Below are positions 27,591-36,859 of a stretch of 47,943 nucleotides of DNA, one piece after another. Source of the DNA: an archaeon (GTDB lineage: Archaea > SpSt-1190); contig DSCG01000004.1 in the NCBI GenBank assembly GCA_011049195.1, forward strand, positions 1 to 47,943. The letters are read 5' to 3'. The first letter of the stretch is position 1. The number at the start of each line of letters is the position of its first letter. Both the position numbers and the translations under genes were made by a program. The notes below the pieces were generated by a model. That model worked only from the letters and a program-made list of their open reading frames with translations. It ran no database searches and was not told where the DNA came from.

Positions 27591-27665
27591 GGCTTGGGTG
27601 GTGTAGTCTGGTTAGCACGGGGGACTGTGGATCCCCCAGCCCGGGTCCGAATCCCGGCCCAGGCC
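27591..27665 (+). tRNA. tRNA-His(GTG), genomically encoded G-1
   Basis: Acceptor GCTTGGG/CCCAGGC plus G-1:C73, D-arm, anticodon stem GGGGA-CTGTGGA-TCCCC (GTG at 27627-27629), T-arm CCGGG-TCCGAAT-CCCGG. Confidence 0.93.
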
Positions 27666-27801
27666 CAACGGAAATCCGTTGACACTTTTGACCGCCTTCG
27701 CTCACGCCACGCGCTCGGCGGTCAGTGGGGGTCTTAAAGGGATGAAGCCCCTTACTTCGGGTCTGAATCCCGGCCCAGGCCCAACGGAAATCCGTTGACA
27801 C
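27642..27801. repeat. 44-bp direct repeat of the tRNA-His 3' end plus downstream hairpin
   Basis: CGGGTC(C/T)GAATCCCGGCCCAGGCCCAACGGAAATCCGTTGACAC at 27642-27685 and 27758-27801, one mismatch. Confidence 0.93.
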
Positions 27802-27896
27802 GGTCGTAAGGGGGTAAATCCTCTTACCTCGGGTCCGACCTGTCCCGAGTCGCAGGAGCATGCAAAAACCCATAAAGACCTAAAAGGTTGCATGAC

Positions 27897-28373
27897 ATGG
27901 AGGAACAACTGCTCCGCAGTATGGGTTTTGGAGTGACTTCAGGAGTCATCACCACCCTCGGCCTGATAGTGGGTTTGGATGCCTCCACCGGCTCCCGCAT
28001 GGTGGTGCTGGGGGGTATATTGTCTATCGCCATCGCCGACGCCCTGTCAGATGCCACAGGCATGCACATCTCGGAGGAGGCGGTTTCGGGGGAAGGTGAA
28101 AAAATCTGGGGGGCTATGGGACTGACCTTCCTTTTCAAATTGCTGATGGCCCTTACATTCACCGTCCCCGTGGTCTTCCTGACGTTGCAGACGGCGGTGG
28201 TAGTCAATATAGTATGGGGCCTGTCGGTTCTGGCCGTGCTCAGTTGGAGGCTGGCCCGTCACAAGGGAGAAAATCCTTGGTTTTCCGTAGGCGAACACCT
28301 GGCAATTGCTCTTGGAGTGGTGGTTATCACCCGGTTGGTCGGCCTTTGGATAAAGGGTATTTTCGGTGGCTGA
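27897..28373 (+). CDS. VIT1/CCC1-like membrane protein
   Basis: FGVTSGVITTLG, IADALSDATGMHISEE; several TM helices. Confidence 0.85.
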   Translation: MEEQLLRSMGFGVTSGVITTLGLIVGLDASTGSRMVVLGGILSIAIADALSDATGMHISEEAVSGEGEKIWGAMGLTFLFKLLMALTFTVPVVFLTLQTAVVVNIVWGLSVLAVLSWRLARHKGENPWFSVGEHLAIALGVVVITRLVGLWIKGIFGG

Positions 28374-28387
28374 TTTTAAGAAGAGTG

Positions 28388-28415
28388 GCTCCCCGGCAGT
28401 TGAAGCCGGGAGAGC
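28388..28415. terminator. Strong GC hairpin between convergent transcription units
   Basis: GCTCCCCGGC / GCCGGGAGAGC stem with one bulge, 7-nt loop; terminator role inferred only. Confidence 0.4.
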
Positions 28416-28605
28416 TCAATAATCTGTACCGGGCACCATTCCGGTAATTCTCGGACCTTCAACGGGCCCATCCCCAAACCGCTTGATGAACCCTCCACCC
28501 AAGTCCGCAGGTTCCGGTTTCCACCCCATGCGGGTGGCCCGAAGACCATGACAGTCCATAGACTAACCGGCTTTATAACTTTTTAGTTATGCTTCACCAA
28601 AAGGC

Positions 28606-28998
28606 TCAAATCAGGAGCCGGACAGTCTGGAAGGTTTTGCCCGTAGCTATACCTTCAATAATGCTTTTCAGGGTGGTAGGGTCTATTTCCGGCACGTTGG
28701 CACCTATCAGATGGCAATTTTCCCCTTCCATTATCTCAAAAAGCAGTTCAAAGCGTTTCTGACCTGAACTGGCCACCAGAACAAAATAGTTTTTACCCCG
28801 GGCATCCTCCCCACCTTCCTTGCGTATCTTCTGGATGCCCGCGACAACGGTGGAATATGTTTTGCCCTCCTTAATTTTACTACCAATGACCTCCAAAAAC
28901 CGGGACTGGGCTATCACCCGGGCCTGACTGACATCGGGAAAAATCTTGCTCACACCCACGGGCTCTTTGTGATATTCAACAGTCCAGCTACCGACCAT
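28606..28998 (-). CDS. Hypothetical protein
   Basis: 130-aa ORF downstream of the DUF2207 gene, same strand. Confidence 0.7.
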   Translation of the reverse strand: MVGSWTVEYHKEPVGVSKIFPDVSQARVIAQSRFLEVIGSKIKEGKTYSTVVAGIQKIRKEGGEDARGKNYFVLVASSGQKRFELLFEIMEGENCHLIGANVPEIDPTTLKSIIEGIATGKTFQTVRLLI

Positions 28999-29028
28999 TA
29001 AAGAAAGGGGACAAGGTGTCTAAAATAA

Positions 29029-30717
29029 CTAACGGGCCCCACCACCACCGCCTCCAAAACCGCCACCAACTCCCCCTGAAAAACCCCTGGCTCCGCTACT
29101 GGCGGTCTTGGTGGCCAGCTGGGCCCTGGCGTGGGAACGGAGGGCGGAATAGTAGAACCAGGACATGTCCCCGCGGGTGGCGGGTGGCAGGTAGGGCAGG
29201 CTGACCCGAAGGGTCGCCATTCTTTTCAGAACCTTGTCAGCCGTGCCGAAGAGGGTGGCGAAAACCAGCCACTCACCCCACATGGACAGGTCTTCAGGCT
29301 GGTACTTCTCCATCATGGAGTAATCGGACAGGAGTTTGCGGAAGGCCTCCCATTCACGCCGTTCCTTGATGGCCTCCCGGGTGTATTTGCCGAAGACATA
29401 AGTGTCCAGCATGAACTTGAAGGCCATGAGCATGGCCTGTGAAATCAGGAGGAAAATCAGGTAGGGGGCGGCGGAGGCGAAAAGTGAAGCCAGCACTAAG
29501 CTCAGCACCAGGAAGCCAGCCATCAGGCCGGTCACCCACCATGACGCCCGGGGGTCGTAGATTTTTGTGAATTCACTTTTCATCCCAGGAAGGGGGCGAT
29601 TGAGCTGGTCAATCTGATGGGAGAGGTCCATAATCCGGGTGCTGGACAGTTTTGAGATTTCCTTTTTGAAAGCTGTCATGTCCGGGTGGGCCCGGTAGAA
29701 ATCCAGCAGGCGGGCCTCAAAGGGGGTGAGCGGGTGCTTGGCAGAGTCCAAGTCAGTGACCTGAACCGGCTGTCCGGGCTGACCCAGCTTCAGGTGGCCC
29801 CGCCTGACCAGGTCAAGGAGGGTGGCGTCAACGGCCTTGGGGTCTATGACCTTGCCGGGGCGGTCCCCGAACAGGTAACTAACCTCGTAGGGCCGGCGTT
29901 TGGCGGGGGCGTAGTGGAGCACTTCAGGAAGGCCGGAAACCTCCTCCTCGCGGGAGAAGCGGAAGAAAAGGTAGATAATGACTGCAAATTCAACGGCTGT
30001 TAGGCCGAAAATTACCAACTTGCCGTGGCGGGCCATCCAGGTGTATGGGATGGCCTGGCAGAGATAACGGGTGGTTTCAGCGTCAAGGCCAGTCAGAGTG
30101 CCGAACTGGCCTGAAAGGGGTTTGGCAGGAGTTGTAAGAAAGACCTCCATGAGGCCTCCCTTATAGATACTTCCCAGGTCGTGGGAAGAGCCAGAGGAGG
30201 CTCGGGGCATGGGGGTTGAAAGGAAAGTAAGGGTTTCCCCACCCACATTCACATTTATGTTTTCAATCCGGGTGCCGAAGTCGTCAAGAACTTTCCAGTG
30301 AAGGACGCATCGACCGGAGGCGGATTCACAATAGTAAGGACGCGGGATGGTGTAAGTGAATGAAAGAGTGTAGGTGCCGGGGGAGTAGCCAGAATCAGAA
30401 CGGCATATAAGCTCCAGATAATTACCAGCTCTTTGTGAATAGTAACGGGTGCCGGGGGGGCATGTCTGGGTCAGGGGTTGCAGGCTGGCTTGTGGGCCGT
30501 CAAGAAGATAGGAACGATAGAGTTCATGAAAGCCGGTTTCGGTTATGACGTAAGTCAGAGTTTCGGTGGAGGTGATGAAAGTGTCGTTCAGATTGAGGTT
30601 AAGATTGAAGTCGGTGACGTAATACTCTGATGGGCCGTGGCCGTAGGGCACGACGGTGATGAGCAGAAAAACTAAAGGAATAAAAAGAATAAAGAAAAGT
30701 CGGGTCCGTTCTTCCAT
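29029..30717 (-). CDS. DUF2207 family membrane protein
   Basis: ATLLDLVRRG, W..F...L.D, WGEWLVFATLFG, Gly-rich GGGFGGGGGGAR tail; next to lemA. Confidence 0.9.
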   Translation of the reverse strand: MEERTRLFFILFIPLVFLLITVVPYGHGPSEYYVTDFNLNLNLNDTFITSTETLTYVITETGFHELYRSYLLDGPQASLQPLTQTCPPGTRYYSQRAGNYLELICRSDSGYSPGTYTLSFTYTIPRPYYCESASGRCVLHWKVLDDFGTRIENINVNVGGETLTFLSTPMPRASSGSSHDLGSIYKGGLMEVFLTTPAKPLSGQFGTLTGLDAETTRYLCQAIPYTWMARHGKLVIFGLTAVEFAVIIYLFFRFSREEEVSGLPEVLHYAPAKRRPYEVSYLFGDRPGKVIDPKAVDATLLDLVRRGHLKLGQPGQPVQVTDLDSAKHPLTPFEARLLDFYRAHPDMTAFKKEISKLSSTRIMDLSHQIDQLNRPLPGMKSEFTKIYDPRASWWVTGLMAGFLVLSLVLASLFASAAPYLIFLLISQAMLMAFKFMLDTYVFGKYTREAIKERREWEAFRKLLSDYSMMEKYQPEDLSMWGEWLVFATLFGTADKVLKRMATLRVSLPYLPPATRGDMSWFYYSALRSHARAQLATKTASSGARGFSGGVGGGFGGGGGGAR

Positions 30718-30737
30718 GGCGTGTGCCTCCACAGACC

Positions 30738-31286
30738 TCAGAAAACTTTGGTGTCCGGCCTTTTCTCAATGCCTTCCTCAAACTGGAGGTAGTCCTTCTT
30801 GGTGAAGCGGAAAATGCCCGCCACGATGTTGGTGGGTATTCTTTCAGTCATCACGTTGAAGGTCTGCACCTGGTCGTTGTAGAGATAGCGCATGCGGGAA
30901 ATTTCGTCCTCCAGGCTCTGGATGCTGTCCTGAAGGGGCTTGACAGTCTCCATGGCTTTCAACTTGGGGTAGTTCTCGGCCACGGCCACAATCTTGCCAA
31001 AGACCGTACGGGCCAGCCCGTCGGCCTCCTGCAACCCCTGAGGCGTATCCAGGTTCATGTTCCTCATGCGGGTCACCCCTTCCAGGGTTGACTTCTCGAA
31101 TTTGAGGTAGCTGGAGGTCGTGTCCACCAGCTGGCCAATCATGTCGGCCCTTTTTTTCATGGCCACCTTTATCTGGTTGAAGGTGTTCTCAATGCCGTTG
31201 CGGAGGCCCACAAAACGGTTGTAGCTTCCGAAAACCAACAGCATCAGGACCACCGCAACCACGGCGGCAATTATCCATCCTATCAT
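30738..31286 (-). CDS. lemA: LemA family protein
   Basis: N-terminal TM, YN, KKRADMI, AVAENYPKLKA, R.LYN..V..FN, PTNIVA. Confidence 0.95.
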   Translation of the reverse strand: MIGWIIAAVVAVVLMLLVFGSYNRFVGLRNGIENTFNQIKVAMKKRADMIGQLVDTTSSYLKFEKSTLEGVTRMRNMNLDTPQGLQEADGLARTVFGKIVAVAENYPKLKAMETVKPLQDSIQSLEDEISRMRYLYNDQVQTFNVMTERIPTNIVAGIFRFTKKDYLQFEEGIEKRPDTKVF

Positions 31287-31341
31287 GGAAAGGGGATGAG
31301 GAGGAGGCTATTAAAGCTTGCCTTTGCCGGGAACCGCCCGG

Positions 31342-31356
31342 TGGAAAAAATTTCCA
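31342..31356. promoter_or_regulatory. 15-bp palindrome, candidate Lrp-family operator
   Basis: TGGAAA-AAA-TTTCCA, just upstream of the lrp gene TATA (TTATTTA at 31363). Confidence 0.55.
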
Positions 31357-31383
31357 AAACCGTTATTTAGATCGGCAAATAAA

Positions 31384-31845
31384 ATGAGTATGGACGCTCA
31401 AAACAAAAAAATAGTCGGCCTTTTGTGGAAGGATGGCCGGATGAAGCTCAAAGACATCTCCAAAAAGGTTAACCTGCCCGTGACTACCGTCTTCAATCGC
31501 CTGAAGAAAATGCAGGACACCGGTCTGGTCCGGGTGCGGGCCGAGGTGGACTGGAAACAGCTGGGCTACGGGCTGGAAGCCTTTGTGTTCCTGAATGTAG
31601 ATACCTCCTCGCGGAGGGTGAACCAGGAGAAGCTGGCCCAGGACTTGGCTCGGGCTCCCGGTGTGCTGGAAGCCTCAGTGGTGACCGGCAGTAAGGACCT
31701 CATCCTGCGGGTGGTCAGCAAGGACATGGACGAGCTGAGCGACCTGGTGCTCAAGAAACTGCGGGACTTTGACGGGGTGGCTTCCACGGAAACCTTAGTA
31801 ATCATGAAAAAGGCCGAAGCTGACCGTTCACTTTTCATGCGGTAG
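31384..31845 (+). CDS. Lrp/AsnC family transcriptional regulator
   Basis: D....KI...L..DGR.....IS..V......V..RL HTH; LGY; VTG..DL RAM domain. Confidence 0.94.
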   Translation: MSMDAQNKKIVGLLWKDGRMKLKDISKKVNLPVTTVFNRLKKMQDTGLVRVRAEVDWKQLGYGLEAFVFLNVDTSSRRVNQEKLAQDLARAPGVLEASVVTGSKDLILRVVSKDMDELSDLVLKKLRDFDGVASTETLVIMKKAEADRSLFMR

Positions 31846-32103
31846 GTTGGCTGTCTTCGGCTTTGGGTTGGTTGTGTCAGGGATTAACACCACTTTTTTG
31901 CGGGAGGTTTGGCCGGACACCAGCCTGATGCAGGAAACGGGCAGGCCGAGGTGGCGGGCTAATAATTTCAGGACGGCCAGATTGGCTTGGTTGTTTTCAG
32001 GGCGGGCCCTCGTCCAGACTTCGGCATGGCCGGCCTCTTTGTCCAGAACGACCCGGTCCTCCCCTGCTCCGGGATGGACCCTGACTTCAAGTTTCACGTC
32101 CAC
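31828..32103 (-). CDS. DUF167 (YggU) family protein
   Basis: VRVHPGA, P..NQAN, LVSGQTSRKK. Confidence 0.9.
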   Translation of the reverse strand: MDVKLEVRVHPGAGEDRVVLDKEAGHAEVWTRARPENNQANLAVLKLLARHLGLPVSCIRLVSGQTSRKKVVLIPDTTNPKPKTANLPHEK

Positions 32104-32810
32104 ACCCGGAACATCCTGAAGTCCGCGGTCTCCACATCGGCTATAAGCAACTCCCCGTCCTCCATCTCCACCCAGTCCCGGGTCTTCAGGGGAGAAGAAG
32201 AAACCTGAAGGGTGGAGAAGCCGTTGTCGTGGTGCCTGTAAAAGAGGCGGTTGTCCTTGCCGTATTTCATTTTGAAGGCAAAAAGTTTGGCTCCGTCTGT
32301 GAGCAGGAAGTTGAGAGTGGAGGCCCGGAGCTCTCCCGACGCCACCTGACGGTCCAGCTTGCGGAAGGCCGTCCGGATGCCAAAGAGGGGCCGCTTGTGG
32401 TCGTCTATGTGCTGGATGATGAAATGCATGAGGGCCTCGGAGTCGGTGTCCCCCTCCAACCTGTCGTAGCCGCCCCTCAGCTGGTACTTGAGGGCGCGGG
32501 AGATTGAGCCGTTGTGGGCAAAAATATAGTCACGGAAGTGGAAAGGATGGGCGTTCACTTCCCGGATATTACCCTTGGTCATCTTGCGCAGGTGGGCCAC
32601 CACCACGGGGGAAACGGCCTGGCGGGCCACCCTCAGATAAGACGAATCGTAGAGAGCCTGTCGGGGGCTTTTCTGAATGATGGGCCCGTCTCGACCGAAC
32701 CAGCCTATGCCCCAACCATCAGAGTGGACGGTAGATAGGTGGCGGAAATAGAGCAGGTCCTCTTCAGGGGGTTGAGCGGGCGACGTAACCGTAGCAAATA
32801 ACCGACACAC
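32094..32810 (-). CDS. Class II glutamine amidotransferase (YafJ/EgtC-like)
   Basis: GTG 32810 gives the N-terminal M-C-R-L-F nucleophile; DGWG, AHLRK.T, N.HPF, AHNG, G.TDSE. Confidence 0.92.
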   Translation of the reverse strand: MCRLFATVTSPAQPPEEDLLYFRHLSTVHSDGWGIGWFGRDGPIIQKSPRQALYDSSYLRVARQAVSPVVVAHLRKMTKGNIREVNAHPFHFRDYIFAHNGSISRALKYQLRGGYDRLEGDTDSEALMHFIIQHIDDHKRPLFGIRTAFRKLDRQVASGELRASTLNFLLTDGAKLFAFKMKYGKDNRLFYRHHDNGFSTLQVSSSPLKTRDWVEMEDGELLIADVETADFRMFRVWT

Positions 32811-32832
32811 AACCATAATAACGGACGAGGAA

Positions 32833-33366
32833 CTATTTTTGCTTTTGCGAAAAGAGGTCAGGCTTGAGAAAAGGGGCCAGAGCCAGATGGAGACTGTGTT
32901 TGCAGAAATCCAGACGGGTGATACGGTTGTCAGTGAAGACTCCCACAGCACCTTCCTTGTGCTTGATGTTGTGGGTGTTCATAAGACCGTCCATCACGGG
33001 GCCAAGCTCTCCGCCGTCCTTGATGCCCTTGGCCACGGGGGGTGGCAGTTCGTGCATGCCAGAGGTTCCCAGACCGACCCGGTCGTCAGGGTGGAGCACG
33101 GCGGTAGCGTTGAAAGACATAAGTCTGTCGCCCAGCCAGGTGAGGCCCCCTTCAAGGCCCACCCAGAAGTCGGCATCGGGAACCAGTTCACGGGCTGACT
33201 TGGCCCGGGCCAGTGCTCCCAAAAAGGTCTCGTTGCTGAAGGGCTGGTCTGAGACTCCGGATTCCGCGGGGACCCCCTTCACCTCCACATCACCGAAGTG
33301 GTCTGAGAACACTTCACGGACGGCCTGGAGCTTAACGGGGTTCTGGGAGCCCACTACGACTTTCAT
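32833..33366 (-). CDS. yjjX: Inosine/xanthosine triphosphatase
   Basis: VGSQNPVK, SGVSDQP, GLEGG, ELG.VMD, GAVG..T. Confidence 0.94.
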   Translation of the reverse strand: MKVVVGSQNPVKLQAVREVFSDHFGDVEVKGVPAESGVSDQPFSNETFLGALARAKSARELVPDADFWVGLEGGLTWLGDRLMSFNATAVLHPDDRVGLGTSGMHELPPPVAKGIKDGGELGPVMDGLMNTHNIKHKEGAVGVFTDNRITRLDFCKHSLHLALAPFLKPDLFSQKQK

Positions 33367-33423
33367 AGAAACCGTGAAGAGGATACCTTAAAAGAGTATA
33401 AGGCTTAGGTTGGAGTGGACCGT

Positions 33424-34248
33424 ATGAACTTCGCCACGGCGGGCATACCTTTGGAGTGCTCCGGCATGGGCTCCGAGGAGGGGGTGCGATGCGTCCGGAA
33501 ACTGGGTCTGGACGGCATGGAGCTGGAATTTGTCCGCGGAGTCAATATGGGGCTGGAACTGGCCGGCCGGGTGGGGCGGGTGGCCCGGGAACTGGACGTG
33601 GTGCTGACTGCACACGGGCCCTATTACATCAATTTACTGTCCAAGGAAAGGGCCAAACGGGAGGCCAGTGTGAAACGGGTGCTGGACACCGCCAGGGTTG
33701 CGGTGGCCGCCGGGGCCTGGTCCATCACCTACCACGCGGCATATTATCAGGGCCTGGGTAAAGAGAAAGCCTATCAACAGGTCAGGAAGCTTACGAAAGA
33801 GATAGTGGAAACTCTTCAGAGGGAGGGGGTGAAAATCTGGGTCCGGCCGGAGACCACGGGCAAGGCCACCCAGTGGGGGGACCTTGAGGAAATAGTGAAG
33901 CTGAGTCGGGATGTGGAGGGGGTCCTGCCCTGTGTGGATTTTTCACACCTGCACGCCCGGACGGCGGGCAAGTTCAACTCAAAAAGTGAATGGGAGGGGG
34001 TCATGAAAAAACTGGAGGATGGTTTGGGTAAAGAGGCTTTGAAAAACATGCACATCCATCTGTCCGGTATCAACTACGGCCAGAAGGGGGAGCTCAACCA
34101 CCTGGTGCTGGCGGACAGCGACCTGAAGTGGCAGGATTTGCTGGAAGTTCTGCGGGATTTTGGTTGTTGTGGCGTAGTGGTGTGCGAGAGTCCCAATATT
34201 GAAGGTGACGCCCTGCTTATGAAGGGGTTTTGGGAAAGTATGAGTTAG
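33424..34248 (+). CDS. nfo: Endonuclease IV family (TIM-barrel AP endonuclease)
   Basis: ELEFVRG, AHGPYYINL, PETTGK, CVDFSHLHAR, HIHLSGI, ESP. Confidence 0.92.
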   Translation: MNFATAGIPLECSGMGSEEGVRCVRKLGLDGMELEFVRGVNMGLELAGRVGRVARELDVVLTAHGPYYINLLSKERAKREASVKRVLDTARVAVAAGAWSITYHAAYYQGLGKEKAYQQVRKLTKEIVETLQREGVKIWVRPETTGKATQWGDLEEIVKLSRDVEGVLPCVDFSHLHARTAGKFNSKSEWEGVMKKLEDGLGKEALKNMHIHLSGINYGQKGELNHLVLADSDLKWQDLLEVLRDFGCCGVVVCESPNIEGDALLMKGFWESMS

Positions 34249-34313
34249 GAAGGAGGCGCCTGCTGATGCAGAAGTTCTGGAAAGCCATTTAAGGCGGGAG
34301 GCTTAGTTCCAAC

Positions 34314-34748
34314 ATGACAGCCAATGTGCCCTTCTTCTTCGGCCTGGTCGCGGGAATCCTCGCAGGCGTGGTCAGTTTTATACGCAAACACAGCTGGCTC
34401 CGGGCTCTGGGAATGGCCCTGTTGTTTTTTGCAGGCTTCGCGATGCTCCCTCTGAACGGAATTTTTACAGGGGTTGTGCTGGCTTTAGCCCTGACTGAAC
34501 TGGCCTATCGGCTGACACGCAGGAAGTGGCTGTCCCTTCTGGTTGCCCTGCCGGGGGTGGTTCCGGCCGCCTGGGCATCTGCAGGTCTGTTCCAGCTTTA
34601 TTTTCTCCAGAATCTCTCGGCAACCAGTTTAGGGTCCGCTCTGGCCAAAGGTGTGGGGTTGGGCCTGCTACTATTATACTATGTGGGCAGTTCAATCGTG
34701 GGCTATCTGGCCACCGTAGTGGGGGTCACCCTGCTCAGAAAGGCTTAG
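34314..34748 (+). CDS. Hypothetical integral membrane protein
   Basis: Very hydrophobic 144 aa; TATA 26 nt upstream. Confidence 0.72.
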   Translation: MTANVPFFFGLVAGILAGVVSFIRKHSWLRALGMALLFFAGFAMLPLNGIFTGVVLALALTELAYRLTRRKWLSLLVALPGVVPAAWASAGLFQLYFLQNLSATSLGSALAKGVGLGLLLLYYVGSSIVGYLATVVGVTLLRKA

Positions 34749-34778
34749 GGGTTATAAACCCGGAAGGGTTTGGGAAAC

Positions 34779-35906
34779 ATGCTTGCAGAACGGAATTCTA
34801 CGCTGACCTACGCCATACGGGAAATTGCATCCAAGGCCGCCGAGGCAGAGGCCCGCGGAAAACAAGTGCTCAAACTCAATATAGGGGACCCGTTGAAATA
34901 TCCCGAGGACTTTCCTGTTCCGGAGGCTTTTGTGAATGGAATAAAAAACAATCTTCACAGAGGTTTCTATTCACCCAGTGAAGGAGTGCGGGAGCTACGC
35001 CAGGCCATAAGTGAATGGGAAACCCGAAAGGGGGCGGGTATTGACCCCAAACATGTGTTCGTGGCCAACGGGGTTTCAGAGGCCGTGTTCGGTCTGTTCG
35101 GGGTGATGCTCAATCCGGGGGATGAAGTGGTGATCCCTCGCCCGGTATATCCGATTTATGAGGCTTACGCCCGTTTCTTCGGGGCCAGGCCGGTCTTCTA
35201 TGACGCCCGTAACCCGGATGTTGAGGAAGTTCAAAAATTAGTGAACGCCCGGACCAAAGCCATCGTGGTTATCAACCCCAACAATCCTCTGGGGGTGGTC
35301 CACCCTGCGGGTTTTGTGAAGGGCCTGACTGAACTGGGCCCGTTGGTAATTTCCGACGAGATATACGACCTGATGACCTTCGGTGTGAAGCCTGTGAATG
35401 CAGGGAGGCTGGCGGACAGCAACCTGGTGGTACTGAATGGATTCTCCAAAGTTTTTCTGGCTCCGGGCTACCGCCTGGGCTACGCCTGTTTCAAAGATGC
35501 CGGAGAGCTAGAAGAGGGTTTCGTCAGATATCTCCGGTCGCGGTTGTGTTCCAACACTCCCATGCAGTATGGAGCTGTAGAAGCCATCCGGGAGGGGGGG
35601 AGCTGGATAAAAGAGACCAACCGAAAACTGGAAACCCGGCGGGACGCGGCCTACGAGGGCCTGCGGGGTTTGGGGCTGGAAGTCCCCAAGCCGGAGGGGG
35701 CTTTTTACATTTTCCCGGGGATTGGCGGGGACGACCTGGAATTCGCCCTCGGCCTGATAGAGGAGGAAGGGGTAGCCGTGGTCCACGGCTCCGGCTTCGC
35801 CGACCCCGGCCACTTCAGGATGGTCTTTTTGCCTCCTGAAGAGCAGATAAGAGAAGCTGTAGAACGGATTGGGCGGTTTCTGGAGAGGCATCCCGAACAC
35901 AGATAG
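34779..35906 (+). CDS. PLP-dependent aminotransferase class I/II (alanine aminotransferase-like)
   Basis: LNIGDP, Y.PSEG, INPNNP.G, SDEIYD, NGFSK....PGYRLG. Confidence 0.93.
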   Translation: MLAERNSTLTYAIREIASKAAEAEARGKQVLKLNIGDPLKYPEDFPVPEAFVNGIKNNLHRGFYSPSEGVRELRQAISEWETRKGAGIDPKHVFVANGVSEAVFGLFGVMLNPGDEVVIPRPVYPIYEAYARFFGARPVFYDARNPDVEEVQKLVNARTKAIVVINPNNPLGVVHPAGFVKGLTELGPLVISDEIYDLMTFGVKPVNAGRLADSNLVVLNGFSKVFLAPGYRLGYACFKDAGELEEGFVRYLRSRLCSNTPMQYGAVEAIREGGSWIKETNRKLETRRDAAYEGLRGLGLEVPKPEGAFYIFPGIGGDDLEFALGLIEEEGVAVVHGSGFADPGHFRMVFLPPEEQIREAVERIGRFLERHPEHR

Positions 35907-35944
35907 GTGAAGCTTTTAAGGGGCGGGGCGTACGGTTAATCCAG

Positions 35945-36859
35945 ATGGGAAGCTGGACAAACCGGGATGTAATATCCCTTCGGGATTTTTCAAAATCAGA
36001 CCTCCTTCATTTGTTTGAGAAAACAAAGGAGGTCAAAGAAGGTAGGTATGGACAGCTTGACAAAACAGTGGCCCTCTTGTTTTTTGAGCCTTCCACCCGG
36101 ACTTATGGGTCTTTTGATAGTGCAGCCAAGCGTATGGGTTGTAAAGTCATAGGCATTCAGGACCCCGATACCGCCTCCCTGAAAAAGGGGGAGAGCACAT
36201 ATGACACCGTCAGAATGTTTGTGGGCTATGGGGCGGATGCCCTGGTCATCAGACACCCGCGGGCGGGAGCCCCCAAATATGTGGCTGAAGCTTTTGATGT
36301 GCCCGTGATTAACGGCGGGGACGACGGCCACGAACACCCCACCCAGGCCATGCTGGACCTTTTCACCATTTGGGAAAAGTTCGGGGGGTTTGAGGGCCTG
36401 AAAGTGGGCATTATGGGAGACCTCAGGTACGGCCGGACGGCATCCTCTCTGGCCTACGGCCTAGCCAAGTGGGGGGTCCGGATGAGGTTCATCGCTCCGG
36501 ACCTGTTACAAATTCACTGGAGAAACGACAGGCTGGAGGAGCAGTTACGGGAGATGGGGGCGGATTTTGAAAAAACGGACCAGGTGAAACTGGATGACCT
36601 GGATGTGCTTTATGTGACCCGCATACAAAAAGAGCGGTTTGTGGATGAAACGGAATATAAAAAAGTGAAAGGCTCCTTTCATCTGGGACAGAACAGTTTG
36701 AAGGGTGTAAAAAACAAAATGATAATTCTGCACCCTCTGCCCCGGGTGGATGAACTATCGCCGGATATTGACAGGATGGACCATGCCTGGTATTTCAGGC
36801 AGGCCGAGAACGGGCTTTATGTCAGAATGGCCCTGCTGGAGCTGATACTTGGTGATTGA
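35945..36859 (+). CDS. pyrB: Aspartate carbamoyltransferase catalytic subunit
   Basis: FFEPSTRT, KGES, HPTQ, GDLRYGRT, TRIQKER, HPLPR. Confidence 0.98.
   Translation: MGSWTNRDVISLRDFSKSDLLHLFEKTKEVKEGRYGQLDKTVALLFFEPSTRTYGSFDSAAKRMGCKVIGIQDPDTASLKKGESTYDTVRMFVGYGADALVIRHPRAGAPKYVAEAFDVPVINGGDDGHEHPTQAMLDLFTIWEKFGGFEGLKVGIMGDLRYGRTASSLAYGLAKWGVRMRFIAPDLLQIHWRNDRLEEQLREMGADFEKTDQVKLDDLDVLYVTRIQKERFVDETEYKKVKGSFHLGQNSLKGVKNKMIILHPLPRVDELSPDIDRMDHAWYFRQAENGLYVRMALLELILGD

Noticed and set aside
27758..27783. Second tRNA or split tRNA half
   Set aside because: Only the T-arm and acceptor 3' strand are present, with a further T-loop change and no anticodon arm or BHB motif.
28388..28418. TGA followed directly by a hairpin on the minus strand (SECIS-like readthrough)
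   Set aside because: The upstream 47-aa frame has no selenoprotein motif, and readthrough would run antisense into the VIT1 gene.
28450..28510. Faint 5S rRNA resemblance (CCCATCCCCAAAC)
   Set aside because: No terminal helix or other conserved 5S segments were found.
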